Shown: positions 34,701 to 46,358, counted from the first letter of the stretch. The stretch: 46,358 nucleotides of DNA from Chromera velia (GCA_018398765.1 JAHBMJ010000498.1:1-46358); one strand, 5' to 3'. The notes: generated from the letters alone by a model not told the origin. Made by a program: numbers and translations.

Positions 34701-37017
34701 TTACTTACTTACTTAATTGTGGTTAAGCCTAGAGTCTCTGAAATCAGAGACAAATGGCAATCCATGCATATAGTTGTAAACAAAAGGAGCAAACCGCCAC
34801 AGCTTAGCCTGCTTCCGCATGAATATGAACATCCACAACCCTCCGCAGCCTAGGCTGAAGCTAAAGGCTAAACAACCACACAAGATGCACGTGTACTCAT
34901 TTTAGACAAGTTTCGATCAGTACACTTGCCTTCTTTGGCTCCCGGTCCACAATGAATGAAACGAGCTCTCTTACATATGTCTCTTCTTCCCCGATACCTC
35001 TTCCCCCAGCTGTAGCAGTCCATCTTGCTCTGCAGACCCTTTCACCGATTCCTGTTCTCTCTTTCACAGTTTCACTCTCTCTGCCAGCGAATGAAGTTTG
35101 AATCTAAGCTGCTCTGTTCATACGCATACAGACAATCGATGTATCGCATCGTCGATCACCTTTTTACCTTCGACTGCAGGACAGTGAATACAGTGTTCTT
35201 CGCAGGATCCACCGTGTCTCTTTCCCCCAGCAGCACATGCTCAAAAGAGAGAAGTGAAAAGAGAACCACTAGTCTAAGATAAGAGAGAGCAAAGCAGAGT
35301 ACGCGTTTGAACTGTGTAACCCCACCCCTTTCTAACCCTCTCCCCTAAAAGTAACATAGCCAGACGCTGGTGCGATCGGTTTTCTATCTAAAAATTACTC
35401 AGTCGGGAGTTGCGTGGATAGATGTCACATGAATGGGTAAGCCTATGCTCGCCGACGAGTCTTGAAGTCAACCATTCCGATAACCATTCTGAGGCTTCTC
35501 TTTTCCTTACTTTCTGCCTGAGTGTCCATTTATTTGTTCTGTTTCTCCCTCTTTGGCTTTCTTTTCTCAAAAGATCTGGTGCGATTGTCTGAAGCATGCT
35601 ACTGGCTGAATTGGCCCATACCGGGGTCAGCAATCTATGCCATGTATCCCAGACTGCCCAAAGAACCTCCCTTCCTGTTTTCTTTATGCTTTCTATGAAA
35701 CCTCCCAACCGACAAGAAAGGATCTCTCTCATGGGACGCACCTCAACCAAAACCAAAGTTGGCACCTTGAAAGAGTTATAGGGCAAACGGAATGTCCAGC
35801 GCACAAATCGAAGCTGCAATGCATCAAGTGCAACGATATCTCTCTGACTTACTGGCAAGGCTTCCAACGAGTACGTTGCCTGCAGTAAACGAACTTTGCA
35901 TCGGGGGGGCAAAGGACCTAAGGATGAATAAGTGCCCATCACTGCCCCCAAACAGCGTTCAGCACTTTCAAGTCAGTCCCTGACTAACTTTCGTGGGTCC
36001 CCTCCCTCAAACACACGACACCCAAGGTATTTATAACTCTCTACATGTTCAACTGTCTTCCCTTCAAAAGTCACTTCCCTTTCTATTTCCCTTCTTGAGC
36101 CTGAGAGTACGAGAACTTTTATTTTCTTTAAATTCACTTTCAACCCATGTTCCTGACAATAAGAGGCCAAACGGTCCAAACGCCACTACAGGTTAGAAGA
36201 AGAGTGAGCAAAAATAACAAGATCGTCTGCGTAACCTATGCTCTTAAGCAGTAAGTCCGCCAATCTTACCTCCTCAGGGATACGGGGTCGCTGCTCCGTT
36301 GTTTCACTCTCTTCCCTCCTCTCTCCGCATTTTTCCCCCCTCTGTCTTTCATCCGTATCTGATTCCCCATCCAAGCCGTTAACAGCTTCCCTCCCTTCAA
36401 CACTCAGAGCAGAATGAATATTATTAATAAACAAAAGAAAAAGAAGAGGAAAAAGTGGATCTCCCTGTTTTACCCCTGCACTTTCGGGAAAGACCCAATC
36501 CGACCCGTCTACCCTTCCCCACACATTGATATACATGGAATGAATCATGCACATGTCCTTCTCGCTGACTTCTTCCTCTCTAAGTCTGTCAATCATTCTC
36601 TTTCTGGGTACTCGGTCAAATGCCTTGCTGAAGTCAACAAACGCTGCAAGAAAGGGTCTATGTCTCTTCTTTGCTGAAGCCGTGAGAGCATGAAGAGTAG
36701 CTATTGCTTCTCTTGTACCGACCCCCTTCCTGAAACCCACCTGTCGTTTATCTATATTCGTTGTCTCCCTTAACCGGCCATCCATCAACAATGCGAACAA
36801 CTTTGCTAGAAGGCAGACGATGTATATGGGCCTCCATTTGTCACAAGAGGGAGAGATGTGACCTTTTATAGAACAGGAGCGATTCGAATGAAGTTCCACT
36901 TTTCTGGCCAGAAAGAAAAAAGGAGAAAAAGATTGAAAAAAATGAAAAGAAGAAAACGAGACAGACGGGAAGAGAAAAAGCATAAATGTACCTGCACAAG
37001 GGAGATTCCTTCAGGCC
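34701..37017 (-). mobile_element. 5'-truncated, decayed LINE: RT, C-terminal region, 3' UTR and (AAGT)n tail
   Basis: GPEGI at the 5' break, WPEKW, WRPI, QVGFRKG, AFVDFSKAFDRV, GVKQGDPLFPLLF, YADD, GLKVNLKK, YKYLG, and EEHCIHCP zinc-knuckle remnant (~35180). Tail reads TTACTTACTTACTTA on + at 34701-34716. Confidence 0.95.
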
Positions 37018-37317
37018 ATACACTTTATATACAGAGAGAGCCTATATATAATAGAGGGAGAGTTTCGAATATTTTTTTCTATTTTTTTATTTATTAAAAA
37101 CACTATGATTTTGGGCCCAAATATTCCTAAACACTTCTCAAAGTACTTGAACTAGAGATTTTATAGAAATACAATTAAGATTTAGATTTAGGAGCAGGCG
37201 GTGACTACGGGAGACGGTAGAGACCAGGGCCAGATGTGGAGTACCCTCTTTAGGTTTGCGAATAACTGGGAGTCAGGCCTGGGGGGGGAATAAGGTTGTG
37301 TTACGGTCTACTCATAC
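37010..37317 (+). repeat. ~307-bp direct repeat, copy 2
   Basis: Near-identical to 34394-34700. Confidence 0.95.
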
Positions 37318-38520
37318 CGCAACTTAAATATTTGATCGTCCTGAGACGTTTTGCTGTCTGTGTTCTTTGGCAGACATCACAAGAATTACAATAAATGAAG
37401 TGAGAGCAGATAGTAGACTGAGAAGCGGAAGGTCCCGGGTTTAATTCCCAGCTCGATCTGTCTCTTTTACCTTTCAGGAGAAGCCGATTTTGGAGCTGCA
37501 CGCAAAACCAATTCCGTGTGGCGAGCCGCAGCCGAGACTGCACGATGCTCCACAAGAATCAGAAATTAGCCGATTATGAAAGAAGAAAAATGCAGAGCCA
37601 AATAGTTTGAGTCACATCCAAATTCAGTGGAGGACGATCAACCTCTCCAACTCTCAGTCGTGATGAGTCATCACCTCCAATGAACTCTGATCAACTCAAC
37701 CTCTTTAAGATCTCATCCATCCCTTCCTGCACACATGAACACATGCACTACAAAGAAGAAACAGAGTAGAGATGCCTAAACGTATAGAAGCAATCCAGAC
37801 AAGAGGTCGGGCATAGAAGGCCTTCTGGCGATACTTCAGATCAAAATAGTCGATCCCGGGTCTCGTCTGAGCTAGCTAGCTGGAGCCTTTGGCTGCATGG
37901 CCCCTACCTTCACGTGATTTCCTTGGAGAACAAATGTACGCTAAAGCTCTCAAAGACTTCAGACTTGGCTTTCTAGAATAGAAAGAAACTTAATAGAATG
38001 ACTGACCTTCATATACGTCTAGAACCTTCTAGCTCTCACCTCCTTAGAGTCAGATGGTGCCTACGTCATCCTACGTCCTCTCTCATAGCGTGAGAGTATG
38101 ACGTAATATATGGTGACGCCAGCGAGAGCTCTAGTAGTTCTGACCACAAGCAACCTGTCTGGTATGAAAGAAAGAGGATAAGTCAGGAGCAACCCACTGA
38201 AAAGGCACTTGCCACTGAAATTAAGTCACACCGAGCCTTCGTTCTTCCGGATGAGCTCTTTTCTATAGAAACCGAACTTGATGCTGCATGAAGTTTTTTA
38301 ACCTTGTTCCCCCCCAAGCCTGACTCCCAGTCGTTCACAAACCTGAAGAAGGTACTCCATATCTCACCCTGGTCTCCCGTGGTCACCGCCTACTCCTAAA
38401 TCTAAATCTTAATTGTATTTCTATAAAATCTATACTTCAAGTACTTTGAGAAGTGTTTAAAAACATTTGGGCCCAAAATCGTGGTGTTTTTAATGAATAA
38501 AAAAATAAAAAAAAGTATTG
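37067..38520. mobile_element. Non-autonomous element (~1.45 kb) with ~225-bp TIRs
   Basis: 37067-37296 (AATATTTTTT...TTTTGGGCCCAAA...TAAGATTTAGATTTAGGAG...CTGGGAGTCAGGC...AAGGTT) is the reverse complement of 38300-38520. TSD not resolved. Confidence 0.75.
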
Positions 38521-39488
38521 AGAGAGAGAGCTAGCAGCAAGAGCAGTAATTAGGCAGAAGGAAGACACGAAAGACGTATAAGCCAGATGCTAGGACTAAA
38601 CTTTAAGTCAATGCCCCCCCCCCTCCAAAAAAACTTGGCCTATACACAGTAAGAATAGAATAGATGTGCAATTAAGTTGTAGTATACAGTACAGCACTAA
38701 ACGTTTTTGGACTTTATGTAAAGCTCAGGGCCTTTAATTAAACTTTGTTTTCTCTCTGTCCAGCAGCAACTCCACCATATTTTGACAGCTTATAGCAGCC
38801 TCATACATGCCAAAACTCATGTAAAGATTGAAGAAACACAGCTAGGTACGTGCACAGATTTAGTCCACTTCCATACGGAATTGATTCATTCCCCTTGCCT
38901 GGTCTCTTGGCGCGCACCGTAACGGAAAGAGGCAAAAAAAAAAGAAAATACGGCTAAATAAAAAAGAGACCCAAAGCCAGGGATTGGGGTACATAGAAGT
39001 GGTGGGAATGTAAAAAGCCGTGTAGTTGAGACAAGCCTTTAAGTTAGGAGCGATCCTCTTCTTTTCAAGTTGAAAGAAGGGGTAAACCGTGTCCCATCAC
39101 AGAAGATTCCTTAATCAGGTCACGGACCCATGCACGAGCAAAGGGTTAAAAGTAGCGAGGAAGGAGAGAGCGAATTCAGTATCAGTAATGAGCCAGGTAG
39201 CGAATTCTGTATCAATAAATCAGAAAGAGCGAATTCTTATTAAAAGAACCAAGTATCAGTAATGATAGGAAGAAAACCAGATACCCAGAGGGAAGGGGAA
39301 ATATAACAAAGATGGTCCAGGACTTGAAGTGAAAGATACTTGGATCGTCGAAAGACGTCGGAACAGACAACGCTCTGTCCATCCATGTGTCTCTCCTTAA
39401 TTTTTTTACCTCGCTGGAACTTTCTCCCTCCCCCCCTCTCTCTCTCTCCTTCCTTTTCTGTGTGTGCATGCGTGTTTCTATGTATGTG

Positions 39489-40074
39489 AGACTAAGGGGG
39501 GGCACTTCAGCTGGTTACACTATGGTTACTGACCCTATACCCCCCCCTTACAACGTGTGACATGTAACCATCAGTCAAAAGTGATGCTAATCGATTAGTT
39601 ACGTTTGGTTACCCACAAAACTGGCTTCAAGATTGTTAAACAATTTAGGTTATGCTCAAAAATAATGAAAAATGATGTGTCACACTTATTTTACCCCCAA
39701 ATTCCCCGTAACCGGGTAACCCGTAACATTTTTTGACCCCCCTCAAAAATGAAATAACCTCCCTCAAAAAGCATTCAAACGTGATCTAAACATTATTTTG
39801 AATGCTTTTAAAAGTTGAAAATTTGGTTGGTTATTGAGCTTAAAATGCTCATAACCGGGTAACCTGTAACCTCTTTGTGTGACAAAGATAAAAAGGGGGT
39901 AACCCAAAGTAACCACGTAGCCTACACTTCAAAAACATCAGATTTTGACGTAACTTGACCAAGCGGAGCTCCAGGTTGCCGGACTAGCTCACAAAAAATT
40001 CAATCTGTTTTTGTTCACATTTTATGTCACTTTGGGCTCAAAATCCACCATAACCTTCCAGAGTGCCCCTGTCT
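39489..40074. mobile_element. ~586-bp MITE-like insertion in a (TG)n tract of the right arm
   Basis: Absent at the paralogous site (~33250). Ends AGACTAAGGGGGGGCACT / AGTGCCCCTGTCT. Many internal GGTTAC/GTAACC motifs. Confidence 0.8.
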
Positions 40075-40766
40075 AGGTGTGTGAGAGAGAAAAAGACCCC
40101 GTTTCCATCTTAACTCGACTTATGGGGGAAGAATCACTTTTTCTTTTTCTTGTTGACCTTTTTTGCCGCTCTTCCCTGGTTCTCCGCTTGCCCCTGCATC
40201 GCTGCTTATCCCTGCACTGCCGCTTACCTGTACAAACAATTTCACACAGAGAAAGACCGAGCTGTTTGCAGGCAAAAAAAGTCGTTTTGAATAGTCGAGA
40301 AATGCTTGTCAGAGAGAGAAAGAGAGAGATTTGGGAAGACCTGGCGCATATATGGTCGCATGCATGCACAAACAACATACGCATCTGTGCCGTTGTCTCT
40401 CATGGATGAGAACCCCCCTTAAAGGCCCCCGGCCAGCTCCCTATTATAATATATAGAAGGTCCTCCCGGCGTGTGCGTTAACGTCGGCAATCCCTAAGAG
40501 TACTGCTTCTACATGCACTTCGTCCCGCCCCCTGATCGATTGATACTGCTGCGTTCACATCATTGTCGAGGCTCAGCCCCCGCTCGGAGTCCTCGCTGGG
40601 CCCTCCCCTCATCTCAAGACAATTGGCACAAGATCAGACGGACTTTCCAACGGCAGACTCTGAGACATACATCAACACCAGCCATAACTGCATGACCTAC
40701 TACATCACAGCATGACTGATGGCTATTGAAAAGCCCGCAGCTTGACAAGCAAGCACATATGCATTT

Positions 40767-41962
40767 CGCAACGCGGAAGGTGGTTATACAGATGTGTATG
40801 AACCAATTAGAAGGGTCTGAAATTTTTGAGCCAGTTAAGCCGGTCCGCGTAATTCCGGCGGCGCCCAAGGCCCAGAAAGACATCAAATTGGTCCTCAGAG
40901 GCCGCTAAGTGCGTTGGTGCAAGAATTTGTACCAAAACTTTCCAGAACCACTCTCAAAATCCTGAAATTGTGCTTAGAATGCTCAAAAAGCACACCAACA
41001 CACAGAGAAGGGTCATTTCGTCCTCTTGTCCCTTCCTGTCTACCTTCTTGTGTAGAGCAGTACCGATAGTCAAACTAGTACAATTCCGCTCCCCTAGTAC
41101 TAGACAGTTTGCCTCTGTGTCGGGGTGAAGTCTTGTGGCACAGTTGATCTGCTTTGGCGTGTCTGGCAGCTCCAGTCTGGACCAGTCAGGAAAGTACCTC
41201 CCAGGCCTCCAAAGCAATATTCCTTCTTTCTACTAGGAGGCCGCAGAATCGATCCCCAGCAATTTTGCCCAATGCCCTGTGTCTGTTGTCATCCTCCCAG
41301 GCCAGCGGGATAGGTTCCTGGTGAGTCTGCTAGTTGTGGGAAGGTGAGATTGTTTTGTCTTCCTGTTGTGGAGAATTAGCGTCTCAGGGGTATTAATCGA
41401 CCTCTAGCTCTCCCGGTAAGTGGTTCTATCCTGCTCTTTCCCTCCAGACAGGAGCATATGAGTGTTGGGCAATACCTTTGTGCGATGGCTGCAGGTTTGA
41501 AGTGCTCAAGAAGGAAAAAGCCCTTCCGGCAATTTGACATAGGGCGCCATCTGGAGTGTATCTTTCTGTTCATGAGCAGACTTGTCAGTTGAAGTCCACA
41601 GTGCATCAACCATTCCTTATCCCCTGTTGGAACTAACTTACCTGAACCAGATGGAGCGTGTTGGTATGCATTTTATCATCATTGATGTACCACAGCCCTT
41701 TCTGAACTTCTAAGTCCAGGAAGGCTATTTTAGCCTCTTCAGGTGTCAGACCTCAGACGTCCATTCTTTGGACTCCCTGTGATTCTGGGAGTCGTTTTTT
41801 CTACACCAAGCAGCTAGAGAGAGTCTAAAGAGGCGAACTGACGTCTCTTAGGGTCGTTGTTTTGAGTCTAGGAGGGAAAAGGGAAATTTTTGAGCTGGTT
41901 AAGGTCTGGGGGCGGGTTCTAATTAGTCCATGCACATCTGTATGACCCGCCGCCGCGTTACG
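40767..41962. mobile_element. ~1.2-kb non-autonomous DNA transposon with ~46-bp TIRs and TT duplication
   Basis: Left end CGCAACGCGGAAGGTGGTTATACAGATGTGTATGAACCAATTAGAA; right end reverse complement CGTAACGCGGCGGCGGGTCATACAGATGTGCATGGACTAATTAGAA. Absent from the left arm (~32555). Confidence 0.9.
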
Positions 41963-42329
41963 TTACGCCACATAAGTCTAATGGTCTGTCCCGGCGGATA
42001 AACGATTTCGAAAGCGCACGGCCCCCCGACCATTAGAATGCTAGATTAGAATACGAGCAATTAGAATATGCAGAGCCAACATCGGAAGTTTGAAGCTTAC
42101 AACTCAACTCGATAGAAATCAGAAAGAACCGGAAAGAACCTGTAATCTACTCAGCGTTATTTACAAAGCGAGCCATCTATATGCGTCTACATGATCCCGA
42201 TCAATCGAATTTTCAGTTTTTTCCTCACCAAGTTGTAAATGGGTACGCCATACTGAGCATAACTGAGCAAGCTGCCACCTCGGTGGCTGGTAAAGCCTTG
42301 CTGCCTAAAATGGCCGCGCACACAATGGG

Positions 42330-45300
42330 GGAAGATTTCAGGCAATGGAGACAATTGTTGAGAAGACAACAGAAACTAATGACTCTACCTGCAAACAAAA
42401 TGAACTGACTGACTGTTTATATTGACTCGTGCATCCCTGAAGGCTTCTCCAATTGCGCGCGAGCGTCCTTTGAGGGGTCTCGTAGTCTTGCACGACCTCC
42501 TCCTGCTCTTCCTCCTCTCCCCTCGTCCCCCCGTCCCCCCGTCCCCTCCCTCAATTTTTTCTTCTTCCTCATTCCACCCCTCTCCTCCGTCTCCTTCTCC
42601 CTCTGCCCCCCACACCCCGAAAGCTTGAAAGTGTGCCTAAGCGACGGAAAGCTCGGACGGAAGGTCTTCCCGCAGACTTCTGTCGGATTTCTCTCTTTGC
42701 CTGCGTTTTTGATGGGCCCTCAGATAGGATGAGCAGGATGGGAGCTGACTGACAGGTGCCTGCAGAGATGCAGAGGCAGGCCTGGAGGCGGGCCTCTTCT
42801 GCAGAGACACTGACGACGAGGGGAAAGGAAAATTGGGATGTGAGGTCTGCATGAAGGGGGGAAATGAGGATGCCGCTCCTTTGTCTGCTGATTGGGATCT
42901 GACGCGCCGAGCCAGGTCAGCCGCTCCACTTCCCTCCCCCCCCTGAATCACGGTCGCCTGTCCGTGGGGAGAAGGGCTGTGAACGACTCTGGGTTCGAAA
43001 GCCCAGCCCCCCTCCTCCCCTTTGTCTTCTCCTGCACCTACAGGCAATGCGTCGATATCGTCCATCTCCCTCTCTCCAAATGCTTGCTTCTCCGCTTCTG
43101 TCTCTGCCTCCAACTCCCTCATATGAAACACCACCGAGGGTTCCATCAGAAGCTCGGGTTTCTTTTGAATGATCTTACTCAGAACCCTCCAACCAATCTC
43201 ACGTGCCCCCCCTTCAGCAGCTCCCCTGAGAATCTCATATAAAGTCTGCCAGTTAGACTCTCGATAGTGTTCAACCACTCTCCAATAGACAGAGAGGAGG
43301 AAAGGAATCTGCGAATCTCCTCCACCCTCTCTCATTGAGAGCTGCCACTTCTCTTTTGCGCACTGCATCACTTTCTCTCTCGCCCCATAAACTTCTCCAC
43401 TCACCCCCCGCATCCTCGTCTGTTCTGCTTTGTAATTCTGCTGAAGTTTCAACGAATCGGAACACTGCAGGGCCACTCGCCCCCATCTCCCATAAGTCTA
43501 AAGAAGACATCCATTGGTGGGCAGATGAAGCCGAAGCAGAGGCAGGTACAGAAGAAGCAGAGACAGACGAAGGCGATACCTCCTGCCTCTCAGGAAGCAA
43601 TGGAAACAGCGCGAAGTTCTTTCTCCAAGACAGAAAGGTAACCACTTCCTGGATGAGACAAACAAACATAAAAGACAGAACACAGAAAAGAAGAGGGAAG
43701 AAACAAACACAGATGCACCTATAAACATAGACCCGCACAAGGTTCTTTCAGTTTGTTGTGCTCTAAAAGAATGAAATTGACTTGAATAGATTTGCAGGAT
43801 GCTGAGAAAGAACATTATATGGAAAGGAACCCCGGAGAAATGAGGGTTAATCCAGAATAGACAGAGAGCTAGGAAGAAAGACATACGAGGAGCGGAGACG
43901 GACAAGGGAAGCTTGGTCTCTCTAAAGCTGTATGCATCGACTGTTGAGATATATGGATGAAAGACCTGGAGAGCATTCACTTATAACACTGGCCCTAGGA
44001 GTAAAAAACGAACATGCACAGACATGCACAGAACAGAAAGGAGAATGCGTATGAAAAAAACAATAAATACAACCATTTTATGTCCCTTCCCTAATAGTAT
44101 GCTGGGAGGGATCCACGGGCCTTCCTTTCAAAGGATCTCTGATTGACTGACAGTGACAGACTGACCCCTGCTGAGCGGAAGTACGGGAAGCTAGACAGGA
44201 AGGTTCCCTTGTTCGCATCCGAGAGGAACAGTCCGAGGGATCCAATGTCAACGCTTAGCCTACTCAGAGAACCGCCAGAAATGAAAATAAGCAACCAGAG
44301 CTGAGCGACAGATTCGTATTGAGCGACTTCAGAGAACACATGGAGAAGCCGTGGCCTTCGGTCCTGAAGCTGCATATTTGTATAACTATTACACTGTCGC
44401 GACAGATCTCCTATGAGCATCACTTCTTCTGATTGATGTTCGTACTTTGATTCCTTCTCTCGCACTCTTCCTCAATCCGATTCGGTCAGCGTGAAGACGG
44501 ACTCCAAGTCGCCCTCCAGGAAAGACATAGGTCTTGCACAGATGTTTTCTCTTAACTGAACCCACCCATCCATCATAGATGCCGCTTTCTGTAGTTGAAC
44601 ATACAGAGATTCCCATTTCTTAGGAGAGAACTTTTCTACAGCAATGTGGGCCACTCTGGCGGGTTTGACCACTAAAGAATTCCCACTCACCGGACCGAGC
44701 AACTCACTCCACTCCTTGCTCTCCCGAAGCGCCTCACTGACAGCCTTGCGAGCACTCAGGAGCTCTGCACGCACCCAAAGCAGAGCGTCACCCCTTTCAT
44801 CTGCGAAGGGGACATTCCCAGAAGGATCACCGTTGCCATTTTCTTCTCCATCTCCCCACGACTTCCATTTGAACCAGCACCGATCGTAAGCGCGAATGCC
44901 TGTCCAGACCTGCACATGTGGAGGGAGGGGGAGAAGTGAAAACAAGAGAGTGTCACGATAGAGGAGAACAAAGGTGACCACTATGATTGAATGGAGGGGT
45001 GAATCAAACTGTTGAGGCAAGGGAAAACGCAAGCTAGAGTGAGCACGGTATAAGGTCAACCATAGAAGAGCTGTATGACATTGTGAAAAAATCAAAGAAC
45101 AAAGAGGGAAAAGACCGGACACCGAAAAGAAGAAAAAAAGAAAAGGAAAGGAAAACAGTCTGAGAGAAGAGAAGATATATAATAGATGAAAAAGGAGAAG
45201 ACAAAACCGCTATCTATACCAGCAACCCCAAACAACCCTGAAAGACAGAGAAGCTGCACAAACCTTTTACATCTTGTTCGCACGGTTAGCAACGTATGTT

Positions 45301-45565
45301 GCACTGCCTGACTTAACTGGCTAACCGGAAATAGCTTTTTTCGTTCGAAAACTGGAAGCAGAAAGAGTTTGAACCACTGTTTTGCTATTCTCTGGTAGTA
45401 GGAGGCAGGCACTCTATGTGTGCCAGGGGACAAGGGGCCTATGTTGTTGACGTGTGAAGTGATACCACCTGTAATCGGTAGCACGCTCACAAGATCGTTG
45501 TCAACCTCCATATCAGAGCTCTCCCCCCCGTCACTTTGCTCCTACTCAAACCCCTCACGCATCAT
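42330..45565 (-). pseudogene. Unknown multi-exon gene, disrupted copy 2
   Basis: Mirror of 28993-32195 with different lesions: TGG>TGA at 44472, TGG>TAG at 42637, CAG>TAG at ~45544. Confidence 0.6.
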
Positions 45566-46358
45566 CGACAGAGGTGATACAGAGTCGAAGAAAAGAAAAG
45601 AAATGTGATTTGTTCCCTTGGCTGCAGATCTGCCTCACTTGCTTAGGGATCTTATCGGCTGTTTGAATCTTATTGGTATCGGAACAGATAAGTACAAATG
45701 CATGCACCTGTTGTAACTTTACAGGCCGGAAGACGAAAGACTATGTACAGCCAGGGTTGATCTCCATTGGTCTGACTCCTGAGAGCTATATAGAGCTGTA
45801 TACTTCGACTTTTCGGATAGATTATATAACTGAACGAGTTATGAATTTATCGATATAACTCCGCCATGTGCAGATGTCGCGGCGGCGCGGCCTGCATGCG
45901 CGCGCGGCGCCGCGCGCACCGCGAATCGATATATGCAGCCGATCGCGGCGCCCGCGCCGCCACCGATGCCACGCACCGATCGTTGTGCACATTTGTGGCT
46001 TGAAGCCCTCAGATGAGAGGTTGGCCCCGAAAAGCTAGCTTCATACACTAAAAAAAAAAATGAGTTTGATTTTTTTTTAAATTCTGATTTTATAGTTTTT
46101 GTAGAGTTTTTCATAGGTTTTCAAACATTTTTTAAAACTTGAAATAAAATTGTAAAATAAAAAAGTAAAGAAATGTCCTAAGGTGAGAAACCGTTCGATC
46201 CTCTAGAATTTTTCTAAAACTTTTATGATAGCGATGTTTCAATTCTATCTAGAACAGTAGAAAAACAACATGAAACCAGAAGAGATCACCTCATTAATTA
46301 GCGTGTTGGACTTTGTCCGCAACACGCCTCCTGCTGAGCTCTTCGACATTCTCTGTCA

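Larger units (their letters stand above)
38632..45868 (-). repeat. Right arm of the large inverted duplication, expanded by two insertions
   Basis: AACTTGGCCTATACACAG...TATCGATATAACTCCGCCATG is the reverse complement of 28690-34089 apart from insertions at 39489-40074 and 40767-41962. Confidence 0.95.

Noticed and set aside
36860..36990. Apparent intron (GT...pyrimidine tract...CAG) at the LINE 5' end
   Set aside because: Translates as decayed LINE coding sequence between the GPEGI and WPEKW motifs.
34394..37317. LTR retrotransposon with 307-bp LTRs
   Set aside because: The RT is non-LTR type with a simple-repeat tail; the repeats lack TG...CA ends, PBS and PPT.
28690..45868. Polinton/Maverick or endogenous virus explanation for the long inverted arms
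   Set aside because: No protein-primed polymerase, integrase, ATPase or capsid motifs between or within the arms, and no 6-bp TSD seen.

Overview
Eukaryotic, transposon-rich 46-kb window. The GT-AG introns, GC-rich exons, TGCATGCA-rich promoters and microsatellite-rich introns suggest an alveolate such as a chromerid; this is inference only. Host genes: (1) a spliced ankyrin-repeat gene with a signal peptide and a C-terminal TM helix (-); (2) a divergently transcribed F-box/XPA-C-like gene (+); (3) a multi-exon tandem CCCH zinc-finger gene (-). Mobile DNA: the 5' half of a decayed APE-type LINE whose long ORF appears to carry a CXC-like Cys cluster and a chromo-like domain ahead of the endonuclease (1-4183); a decayed Ty1/copia pol (PR-IN-RT-RH); a 310-bp foldback element; several non-autonomous TIR elements; and a 5'-truncated LINE RT flanked by a ~307-bp direct duplication. 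The last 17 kb is a large inverted duplication (arms ~28690-34089 and ~38632-45868). Each arm carries a differently broken copy of an unknown gene with an internally repeated domain. The arms differ mainly by C>T/G>A changes, many at CpA/TpG (RIP-like). The right arm has two TIR insertions whose empty sites are visible in the left arm. All domain calls are by-eye motif recognition; no searches were run.
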